From the NCBI RefSeq assembly GCF_963921235.1, contig NC_086097.1, forward strand, positions 215,576,001 through 215,640,000: a stretch of DNA of 64,000 nt. Reading direction: 5' to 3'. This stretch comes from Mobula hypostoma. Taxonomy: Eukaryota. Each line of letters starts with the position of its first letter. Positions within the stretch are counted from its first letter, which is position 1. Positions 49,303-60,136 of this stretch are shown here, piece by piece. Made by a program: the position numbers and the translations under genes. The notes under the pieces were generated by a model. It did no database searches. It was not told the origin of the DNA and saw nothing but the letters and a program-made list of their open reading frames with translations.

Positions 49303-49988
49303 AAAGGTTCAAAGGTTCATTTTATTGCATGTACAATACAACTCTGATATTTGTCTTCTCCAGATAGCCAAGAAATACAGAAAGACATTGGAGTTGATGA
49401 AAGAAAAGACATCAAATTCCCCCCACCCCAAGCACAAAAGAGAAAAGAAACAAAACTTACAGACCCCAAAATCCCCCCTCCCCTGCAGAAAAAAACAGCA
49501 CCAATAGCATCAAATCTCCCCTCCTCCTCAAAAAAAAACAGGGACAATAACAATCCCCAACCCCTCTGACTCACAGAAAAAAACAGTGACAATAGCGTCA
49601 AATCTCCCCTCCCCGCAGAAAAAAAGCGACACTAGCACCAAAACTTCCAAACCCCTCCTACACATAAAGAATTAACAGATCACCCAACCATCAGTCATCC
49701 ACAAGAAAGAAAGTACCAAACAACTGAAGGAAACCAATATAAAGTACAATCCAATAATCACATAAATCTCAGAATATCAGAAACATCTTTTTGCCTGTAT
49801 AAGAGGAGAGCAGCTGCACAAACTCAGTCCTTCTGTAAAGAGTGACCACCAACCTGGGTCCAAATGCCGCAAATCCAGGCTGTACTCGCCAATCCGGCTG
49901 CTGACCATCTCCATTGGGACCCATCTCTGACCCACTCCCCACTCGATGCTTCAATCTTCCTCGCTTCGAGTTGGAGTCATTTATGACC
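49303..49988 (-). mobile_element. 3' part of a non-autonomous retroposon with internal A-rich repeats (right inversion breakpoint)
   Basis: AATAAA plus (GAACCTTT)n tail on the minus strand; repeated AAAAAAACAG..ATAGC(A/G)TCAAATCTCCCCTC units; architecture resembles 56163-56707. Confidence 0.65.
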
Positions 49989-51079
49989 GGTCACCGGTAC
50001 CTTAGCCTTCCACAGATCTACCACCAGCTCTTAGTCTTTTTCACGTTAAGCTGCAGATAATTCTACTCACACCATGTGACAAAGTTTCCTACCATAGCCC
50101 TGTACTCAGCCTCATCTCCCCTGCTGATGCATCCAACTATGGCAGAGTCATCAGAAAACTTCTGAAGATGTCAAGACTCTGTGCAGTAGTTGAAGTCCGA
50201 GGTGTAAATGGTGAAGAGAAAGGGAGACAAGACAGTCCCCTGTGGAGCCCCCGTGCTGCTGATCACTCTGTCGGACACACACTGTTGTAAGCACATGCAC
50301 TGTGGTCTGCCAGTCAGGTAATCAAGAATCCATGACACCAGGAAAGCATCCACCTGCATCACTGTCAGCTTCTCCCCCAGCAGAGCAGGGCGGATGGTGT
50401 TGAATGCACTGGAGAAGTCAAAAAACATGACCCTCACAGTGCTCGCTGGCTTGTCCAGGTGGGCATAAACATGGTTCAGCAGGTAGACGATGGAATCCTC
50501 AACTCCCAGTCAGGGCTGGTAGGTGAACTGGTGGTTTCGTGCGGGGAAGGAGTATAGTCATGAGAGCAGGGTGGGGGACTGTGAAGAGGGGTAGGAGGGG
50601 ACAGTGGAATATGTGTTTGTTGGGGGCCGACAGCAGATGACTCATGTGGGGGATGGGCAGGGGCCACAATGTCAAATCTGTTAAAGAACAGGTTAAGTTC
50701 GTTGGCCCTGTCCACACAGCCTTCAGCTCCTCTGTTGCTAGTTTGCCGGAACCCAGTGATGGTCCTCATCCCACTCCAGACCTCTCTCGTGTTGTTCTGC
50801 TGGAGTTTCCACTCAAGCTTCCTCCTGTACCTGTCTTTAGCCTCCCTGATCCTGGCTTTCAGGTCCCTCTGTATTGCCCTCAGCTCCTCCCTATTTCCAT
50901 CTCTAAACGCCCTCTTTTTAGCGTTCAGGATGTCCTTAATGTCCTTTGTTACCCATGGCTTGTTATTTGAATAACAAGGACAGTTCTTGTTGCAGTCCAC
51001 ACAGAAGTTGATGTAATCAGTGATGCTCTCTGTGAGCCCATCAATATCCTCTCCATGTGCCTCACAGAGTGCCTGCCGG
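49989..51079 (-). mobile_element. Rex-type LINE, upstream/RT part of the element whose 3' end is at 27177-27831
   Basis: NNKPWVT, FFDFSSAFNTI, GAPQGTVLSP and KFSDDSA peptides. Ends KAKVPVT, which continues as PVSI.. at 27177. Confidence 0.9.
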
Positions 51080-51918
51080 ATCTAGCTGATCTGTATGACA
51101 AAATAAACATTCTAAATATGAAACTGCAGGGTGAGAATTTCAATTTAATCCAGACAAAAAGTGCAGTGTTGAGTTTTATCAGAAAATTGGAAATATATAA
51201 ACAAAATATTGAGAGAAGAATGTTCTCACAGTTTACTTGCTTGGAAAGCATAGCACTCTCTTTCACAGACAGTGATTTGCAAGAGTACTGCTTATATCTG
51301 CAGTCACTGAAGAAGGGTTTTTAGAATCAATTCAAGGACTTGAATGACCTGGAAATTCTGGACTAGGTAATTAACTCATTTCATTGCAACAGGAAGAACA
51401 GGAAAAGAGCTTACAAGAAGAAATTACCAAAATTCAGAATGATGAAAAAGCAAAAATGCTTTTTAAAAATGTCGGTGTTTGTGTTATGTGGCTACACTGT
51501 CATACAGAGTTTTCTGGTCTTTGGAAAAGAGCCAATCTGCCCTTCATTGCATTTCCATCCTCCTACCTTGTTGAAAGAGGGTACAGAGGGTAAACTCACA
51601 GAAAAAACAGAAACCATTTGGACATCGTTATACATTTGCTGTCACAACTTGAACCAGATATTTCAACTCTTGCTAAAAATCATCAAGTTGAAGGATCACA
51701 TTGATATCAAAGCTGCTGTACAACACATAGGTACCGTGTAAGCAAGGTTTAAAGACATATAAAAATTTAAAACAGAATCATTTTTCTCATGCTAGCATAT
51801 TGTAGACATGTTTTTACACTGTGGGGTGCTGGAAAGTATATTGTGCCTAAGAGGGGAGCTAGCAAGTATAAAAGTGCTTTATGAGGACATTGGGTTAAAA
51901 AAAAGTTAGGAAACACTG
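51080..51918 (+). mobile_element. Buster/Charlie-type hAT transposon, 3' half
   Basis: LADLYDKINILNMKLQG and FIAFPSSYLVERG (hAT dimerisation region). TIR GTTAGGAAACACTG ends at 51918, followed by TSD CTTTACCT. Confidence 0.9.
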
Positions 51919-52224
51919 CTTTACCTGATAGAAATATCCTTTCTTTTGAAAACAAAAAGTGCTACATTGAGACTTAATCAAAATATAAGCAGTGATTTTG
52001 TGACTTAGAACAGAGAGAACTTGCCCATCAATGTGAGGCGTGGCCTTTTTCCCCAGAGGAAGGAAAGAATGGGTGATTCTGATGTGCTTGTTACTGCACC
52101 AGGATGTGTTTTATCTCCTTGCAAATGTAGCATAGTTCCACCTGTAGCGACATGATACATGAATATAATGCCCATATTTTATTGTCCGAGCATAATCCAT
52201 TAAATCTGTCAGTATTCATCGACA

Positions 52225-52425
52225 TTTCAATTAGATATGAAAACAAAAAGTGCTGGGGATACTTAGACATCATTCATGGAAAGAGAAACCAATTTAACAT
52301 TTCAGGCTGAAGATCCACACCGGAAACATTAACTCTACTTCCCTTCCCACAGATGCTCCTGTCCTGCTGGTTTTTTTCAGCATTTCCTATTCCTATTCCA
52401 AATTTCAAAACATTTGCGTTTTTTA
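52225..52425. mobile_element. Old, decayed inverted pLTR pair (Penelope-like)
   Basis: AAAAAGTGCTGG...AACATTTC mirrored by GAAACATTAAC...CAGATGCT...CAGCATTT. Confidence 0.5.
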
Positions 52426-53227
52426 TCGGTTAGAAATAGATACTTTATTTAATACTTGCTTTGCTTTGTAGCATTAGTATATGCAAATTATAGCATGAAC
52501 TTAGTATACAACTATTGGTCACATTCTGACAGAGGGCTCAATAAGCAGTTTTGAAACAGGTTAATGTGTCATTCCTTGTGTTATATATAACATACAAAAG
52601 CCTATAGATCCTTCTGTCAGTAGCTAGTTTAGTTATAGAGCTGGTGCTTAAAATTTCTGGCATAGCCCTGAGCAATGGCCAGCTGCTGCCGAATGACCTT
52701 ACATGCTTTCCTGCCCACATCAAACCAACGGGAGCACACAGAGGGAAATAGCACGTGAGCTTGGAATTGGGGTAAAGTCTATTGGGTGGTGGTCAGAGAG
52801 GCTGGGCAGATGGTAGCTGTATTGTACATCACAGGATGGATAAGTACAAAGGACAATGGATGGACATGAGCTGAGGGACAGGAGCTGATAGAATGCAGAT
52901 AGCTGATTAGGTTAAAGGGACATTCCCGAGTCAATTCCTATTGACCAGCTCAGGGAGTCCTCATCTTCAAATTGCATTGTCACAGAGTTAGAAATGAAAA
53001 CTGCTTGCTTAGAGGATGCCTCACAGTAAGTGCAGCTCAGAGACATGTGGATTAACTTCCCTGACTATACTCCCATGGACAATAATGTCACATGAGTGTG
53101 CCTGGTATGGAAGAATTGATCGGAAGTAGCTGTCCTAATTTTTGGAGCGTGCCATACAAGGTACAATGCTTATTCTGGGAAGAATATTTTTACATGTGCA
53201 CTGCAGAAAATTGTCAAACGATATAGA

Positions 53228-53729
53228 TGAAACTCCCTGTCTTCCTGGGCTTCTCAGGAAGCTGCTCGTTAGCCCTCACTGGCAGTCTCCCAACTCAGCG
53301 CAGAGAAACCCGCCTTTCTCTGGCCTTGTACATCTAAGGTATACGCACTCCGGTCCTGCCAAATCTGTGAGATTGGGATGTCTCGCCCACTCAACTCCCG
53401 GTTTGTGTGAATGCTACCCTGTTACAGCTTGTCACAGGAAATAACAGATCACACATGGCATACAATTAAAAGAAGTATATTTATAAATATTAACCCTCCA
53501 TATCAAATCAAGGTCCCCTCTGGATCAAATCCTACAACTGGTTCTGTCCAGCATGTTCTCTCTTCATCTCCCGCCAAACAAAGACAGACTCCCATTGGGG
53601 TCAGGCAGAAAGAAAAACCCACTCCCCCAGCCTCCTCTCCTGACTGGATGGCTCACATTCCTAAGTGCCCCTTATCTTTAACAATAACCCAAACACTGTT
53701 AGCAGTGAAACCTTTACCAGGGTGTTACA
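53228..53729. mobile_element. Solo LTR (Gypsy-like), ~502 bp
   Basis: Termini TGAAACTCCCTG ... CAGGGTGTTACA (10/12 inverted match); flanks TAGA/TACA (4-bp TSD, one mismatch). Confidence 0.65.
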
Positions 53730-54594
53730 TACATCTGAATTTCTACATCTCTGTTATGAAATAGAAAAAACCAAGTCCTAGTTCAGAAATTGCTTTAATT
53801 CAAATGCAATTCTTCTTGAATTATCATTCTAGCCATTAGCAGGCAACTGTAATGTTAATTCTAATTCTTAATAATATATAACAACAACAACCATGAAAAT
53901 TATTTTTGCATTAGAAAGAAGAGAAGTTTGATTTTAGCATCTAAATATACTGTAATTGACAAAATTCTTGATCGGCATGTACATTAATGGTCCAAATTCT
54001 GATTTGCAACACCAGTAATTCCTCGACCTCACAATCAACCTTGTTATGACTTTGCACCTTACTGTCTAATTACACTGCATTTTCTCAGTAACTATAAGTT
54101 TATTCTGCGCTGTTATTGTTTTATCTTATACGCTCTCAAAGCATTGCTGTGGTAAATTTGAATGAATGGTATGCAAGGTTATTTTTCACTGTTACCTCAG
54201 TGCATGTAACAAAATAATAAACCATTTTAGCAATTAGAATTTAGTGTACTCATAAATGCTTCATACTTAAACTTTTTTTGTTCCTTTAGAACAGATACTA
54301 ATTCAAACTGCCAACAGTGAATGATTTTGAAGGAGATCTCTAAGTTCTTCCACATTAACTGAAATGACTCAGTTAATATAACAAGAAATATTCAAATTTA
54401 CTATAGTTTTTTTCATTTTTTAGCACTTTATCCAAGACTAAGAAATATTCAATGCTCTGTTCTAAACCTTCATAACATAGTGTCAGTGTTGCCTCTTTGC
54501 TACAGCAATGTAAAACTATTCCTACCTCAGCACCCTCCATATTTCCCTCTATTGTCTGCAGCTCCAAACAAACATTCACTTTCCTTTAAAAAAC

Positions 54595-55385
54595 AAACAC
54601 ACACACACACACACACACAAAATGGTGGAGGAACTCAGCAGACCAGGCAGTATCTATGGAAAAGAGTAAACAGTCGATATTTCAGGCCGAGACCCTTCAT
54701 CGGGACTGGAGAAAAAAGTTGAGGTCAAAGTAAGAATGTGGGGGGAAGGGAAAAAGAAATACAAGGAAGTAGGTCATAGGTGAACCCAGGAGAGGGGGAG
54801 GGGTGAAGTAAAGAGCTGGGAGGTCAATTGGTGAAAGAGTTAAAGGGCTGGAGAAGAGGGAATCTGATAGGAGAGGACAGAAGGCCATAGAAGAAAGGGA
54901 AGGGGGAGGAGCACCAGAGGGAGGTGATAGCAGGTAAGGAGATAAGGTGAGAGAGGGAACTGGGAATGGGGAATGGTGACGGGGGAGCATTACCCCAGAA
55001 GTTCAAGAAATTCATGTTCATGCCATCAGTTTGGAAACGACCCAGATGGAATATAAGGTGTTGCTCCTCCAACCTGAGTATGGCCTCATCGCGACAGAAG
55101 AGGAGGATATGGACTGACATGTCAAAATGGGGATGGGAAGTAGAATTCAAATGGGTGGCCACTGGGTGATGCCGCTTTCTCTGGAGGACGGAGTGTAGGT
55201 GCTCGGTGAAGTGGTCTCCCAATCTACGTCAGATCTCACCGATATACAGGAGGCCACACCAGGAGCACCAGATGCAGTAGATGACCCCAACACACTCACA
55301 GGTGAAGTATTGCCTCATCTGGAAGGACTGTTTGTGCCCTGAATGGTAGTGAGCAGGGAGGTGTGGGGCAGGTGTAGCACTTGTT
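54595..55385 (-). mobile_element. Penelope-like retroelement 3' end: GIY-YIG endonuclease remnant plus pLTR
   Basis: Minus strand reads FTCECVGVIYCIWCSWCGLLYIGEI*RRLGDHFTEH...PVATHLNS...RLEEQHLIFHLG. Mutated hammerhead at 54672-54707. Confidence 0.9.
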
Positions 55386-56059
55386 CCTTTCCCTTAAAAG
55401 TTGTTATATATCTTCCTCAGCTGTTCCCTGAGGCAAGGTATTACATCTTCCAACAACATTCTACAAAATAGTCTCCCTGCAGTCTGATTTCATACATCCA
55501 TTGCACTATTCTAACAAAATTGAAATCACTCTTGAAATCAATGGGGCCAAATTTGGATCGAAAGTACAATGCAAGTGCACAACTATGCCATGCATTCAGC
55601 TCACCTCCTCAAGGGTGAGTATCTGTGAGTAACCATGAAGGATTAAACATGTATTGTTTACATAGGGCCTCTGTAGGCTTTAAATCTTGGGCACAGCATA
55701 TACATGCAAACACAAAGAAGGCATCACGGTATCTCTACTTTCTTAGGAGGTCAACATGTCAAAATCATTCTGACAAACTTTTATAGATGTATTGTTGAAA
55801 GTATCCTGACTGGTTGCATCATGTCTGTTAAGCTGTTAGGCATTCAGGAGATATAAAATTATGTGGATATAGCAGATATTATTTCAAATGAGAACTAATC
55901 TTCAGTTCTTAATGTAAATTGCAAGAAGTAATCAGTCTGAAATAAAACAACAACTTTGTAAACAAACAGTACTGTCAGTACAGTGTACAGAACACAAGTT
56001 GCTGGCCCACGGCAGGGATGTGGCTGCTCAGGAGATGTGGTTTGCAGAGTGATGTCCCT

Positions 56060-57280
56060 GTGAAATAGGGTTGCAAAGAAAAGTTTTGGCACATTGGCCT
56101 TCATAAATCAAAGTATTTGGTACAGGAGATGGGATGTTATGTTGAAGTTGTATAAGATGTTGTTTGCCGTCACTTCACCCATTATAGCTCCCATTGTTCA
56201 CCGATTAAAGTGACTAGTGAGACTGAAGCATCAGAACCAGTGCTGGCTGCTTGCTTTTGATCTATATTGGAGGGGAGAGCCTGCCACTGCGGAGAGTCTT
56301 GTTCATATTTTTTTCTGCATTTTAGATTTGGACTTTGGACTATAGACATTTTTTCTGACATAATTTTATATTGTGTTTTTTTTTGCCTGATTTTCTTGTT
56401 TTTTTATATACAGGGAGGGGGTTTTGGGGTGTTAATGTGCCTGATCCATTTTGTTTGTTTTTTTTTAAGTGGGAGGAGGGATTTGGGTGTCGATGTGCCT
56501 GATCTGGTTTGTTTGTTTTTTTTTGTGCGGGAGGAGGGAATTGGGAGTTGATGTCTCTGTTCCACTTGTGTTCGTTTGTTTTTTTCAGGGAGTGAGATTT
56601 GGAAATTGATGATTGTGCTGCCTTTCTTTTCTGGTTTCATGGCTGCCCGGGGAATTGAAGTAAATCAGAGATAATAAATTAACCTTTGAACTTTTGAACC
56701 TTTGAACGTTGGTGAGGTCTAATTTGAAGTATTGTGTGCAATTCTGGTTACTTACCTACAGGAAAGATGTAAACAAGGTTGAACGAATACATATAAAATT
56801 TACAAGGATGTTGCCAGATCTTGAGTACCTGAGTTATGAGGGAAGATTGAATTGATTAGGACTTTATTCCTTAGAACGTAGAAGATTGAGAGGAGAGTTA
56901 ATAGAGGTACAGTATACAAAATTATGAGGCGTATCGATAGGGTAAATGCAAGCAGGCTTTCCCCACTGAGGTTGGGTGGGACTACAACTAGAGGTCATGG
57001 CTTAAGGCTGAAAGGTGAAAAGTTTAAAGGGAATGTAAGAGGAAACTTCTTCACTCAGCAGGTTGTGAGAGTGTGGAACGAGCTGCCAGCACAAGTGGTG
57101 CACGCGAGCGCGATGTCAATATTTAAGTGAAGTTTGGATAGGTACATGGGTGGTAGGGGTATGGAGAGCTATGGTCCCATTGCAGATCCATTGGAGTAAG
57201 CTGTTTAAATGGTTCAGTACAAGCTAGATGGGCCGAAGGGCCTGTTTCGGTGCTGTATTTTCCTATGACTCTATATCTAT
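56060..57280 (+). mobile_element. CR1 3' portion split by a non-autonomous retroposon (56163-56707)
   Basis: TTGTATAAGATGTTG ... CGTTGGTGAGG rejoin as LYK.LVR. The insert ends AATAAA plus (CTTTGAA)n. Confidence 0.8.
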
Positions 57281-59114
57281 ATGAGACGTTCTTGTATGTA
57301 TCAACCAAACCTAAGTTTACGTTTACTTATCTACATCAATCCAATCAGCTATGGCTGAGTTACTTTGGACCATGGTTCAAGGAAGCTTGCACACCACACT
57401 GATGGTCAACCCTCCCAGCAATAATTTTGGGTGTCTAGGATCTCTGTCCTAAGAAGCACTTATATCATCCTAGTTAATTACTTTGTCCCAGGAAATATTC
57501 AGTGGTATCCCCTGTTGTAGATACAATAGAAGCATTGTCAGACTCAAATTTTGATATAAATAATGCCATTGTTGTTGGTGAAGTTGTATTGGATTACCTA
57601 CAATTACCTTTGATCTTAAGGGTATAAAAATGTGATTACTCTGAATTTGGGAGACTCTACTAAGTGGGCCTTTAGGAGGATGCTTATTTGCCATAATGAA
57701 TAAAGACTTCTATATCACCAGCTTTATTGTCTCTCCAGTGACTAAAATCAGTTTCAAAACAGCAATTCGAACGAGCAGGCATGTATGAGGTGTCAAAGAG
57801 CAGTGGACTCAGCCTACTACATCAGAGACGCATCCCGTCACGCCATCCATAGTACCTACGTGAAGTGCTGCCTCAGGAGGACAACACCAATCATCAAAGA
57901 TCCCCATGCCACCTTCACACAGCTATTATCTGGCAGGGGGTACAAAAGTCTCAAAGCTGGTGGAAGAAGCTGTTACCCAGCCTAAAGGCCTTATATTGCG
58001 GTACTTTCTGCCTGATGGTCGGAGGTCAAAGAGATTGTGGGATGGACGGGAGTGGTCTTTGACAATGCTGAGGGCTCTTCAAACACAGTGTTACTTGTGT
58101 GTCCTGGATTGGGGTGGGGGAGTGAGGGAACTCCAAAGATTCTCTCAGCGTTCAGTTAGTTTAGTTTGGTTTACGTTTGGATCTAATTACGGGGTGAAAA
58201 CCCTCTTCAGAATTTGCAAAATGTTAAGAACATTGCAGGAAAACAATGGGCAACATGTATAATCCTTTAATGCATTGTAACAGCTAGTGGGTTAGGTAGA
58301 AAGAGACCTGGTAGCAGACTTTACAATCAAAACAATAATCTACAAATCCAATAGGATGTTCAACTAGAAAGCCAAAGAAATAGAAAAGACATCAAAGTAA
58401 TGAATAACGCAGATTAATGGTTTGATTAAAATGTCTAGATTTGGGGCACCAAGAAACGAGATAAACATTCAAATATTCAATCGCAAAGGTCTAAAAACAA
58501 GAGAACTAAATTGTAGTCATATAGAGTATGTAAAAAAAGTTAATTTGGAATATTATTTTCATAAATATTTAATAACCTTAGTTTCATTCATAAATGTTGA
58601 TCCTGTAAGACTAGAATGGATATATTCAGTGTAGTTAATGCTTTGTTTATTATTTAACCTGTCTCCTATTTTACATTTGAAAAAGTGTTTTCCCACAAGG
58701 ACAGCTAAAGTATGTCACAGTAGAAGCTGCCTGTTTGGGAAAAAATTAAATTATCTCGAAGTGCTGGGGTTAGACTGTCTGTGTGTGTGGGCATTGGTGG
58801 GTGGGATTTGCTGATGTTGTATTGTTGCTATCATTCTGTTGCTGTTGTTCCTTGTGTGTTCTGCCAACGTGGTAAGCATGCTATGTTGACAACACTTGCA
58901 GGCTGCCACCAGCACATCTTCAGGTTATCTAGGCTATTAATGCAAAAACGTATTTCACTGTACGTTTTCACGTACATGTGATAAATAATGAATGGGTCTG
59001 AATCTGAAATTACTTCATTTCTGATAGTAGTCCTGCAATATGTACTCAATAACCCAGAAACTGGAAGGTCAGCATTACATTGTAACTAACAGTTCGAATT
59101 AAGTAATCCAGTAA

Positions 59115-59450
59115 TAGTCATAGTCATAGCCATACTTTAATGATCCCGGGGGAAATTGGTTTTCATTACAGTTGCACCATAAATAATAAATAGTAATAGA
59201 ACCATAAATAGTTAAATAGTAATATGTAAATTATGCCAGTAAATTATGAAATAAGTCCAGGACCAGCCTATCGGCTCAGGGTGTCTGACCCTCCAAGGGA
59301 GGAGTTGTGAAGTTTGATGGCCACAGGCAGGAATGACTTCCTATGACGCTCTGTGTTGCATCTCAGTGGAATGAGTCTCTGGCTGAATGTACTCCTGTGC
59401 CCAACCAGTACATTATGTAGTGGATGGGAGACATTGACCAAGATGGCATG
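59115..59450 (-). mobile_element. Rex-type LINE 3' end, same subfamily as 27177-27831
   Basis: HAILVNVSHPLH...SSLGGSDTLS peptide shared with ORF 27208; (TAGTCA)n tail on the plus strand. Confidence 0.9.
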
Positions 59451-59796
59451 CCTGTACACTATTAAAGGAATTATGGATTGTTTCTTCTCTTTTCTTTCAG
59501 AAGACAGACCTTTGAATGAATTCAGTTCAAGCTATGCAGATGATTCCTGATGATTTACAGACACATAAATAATAAGAAGAAGTAAACCAGAACAGTTTGC
59601 ATGAATCGTTAAACTTTGTCTGTTCTTACTTTTGAATCATGAAAAGCTTCATCTAAGTTACAGGATGAGATAGTTATGTAATCACCAATGTAGGCACCAA
59701 TGTAACACCGAAATAGTGAAGCTCTGAAAAAAAATTGCAAATGTTTCAAGATCTAAAGTTCAAAGTTCAAAGTACATTTATTATCGAAGTATGTAC

Positions 59797-60136
59797 GTCC
59801 CTCTTCCCTCTAGGAGAAGGCTCAGGAGTTTGAAGACTCGTACGGCCAGATTTGGGAACAGCTTCTTTCCAACTGTAATAAGACTGCTGAACGGATCCTG
59901 ACCCGGATCTGGGTCGTACCCTCCAAATATCCGGACCTGCCTCTCGTTTTTTTTTTGCACTACCTTACTTTCCATTTTTCTATTTTCTGTTTATGATTTA
60001 TAATTTAAATTTTTAATATTTACTATCAATTTGTAATCCAGGGAGCAGGAAGCGCAGAATCAAATATCGCTATTGTACGTTCTAGTATCAATTGTTTGGC
60101 GACAATAAAGTATAAGGTATAAGGTATAAAGTATAA
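59797..60136 (+). mobile_element. Rex-type LINE 3' end
   Basis: PLPSRRRLRSLKTRTARFGNSFFPTVIRLLN; AATAAA plus (GTATAA(G/A))n tail. Confidence 0.85.
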
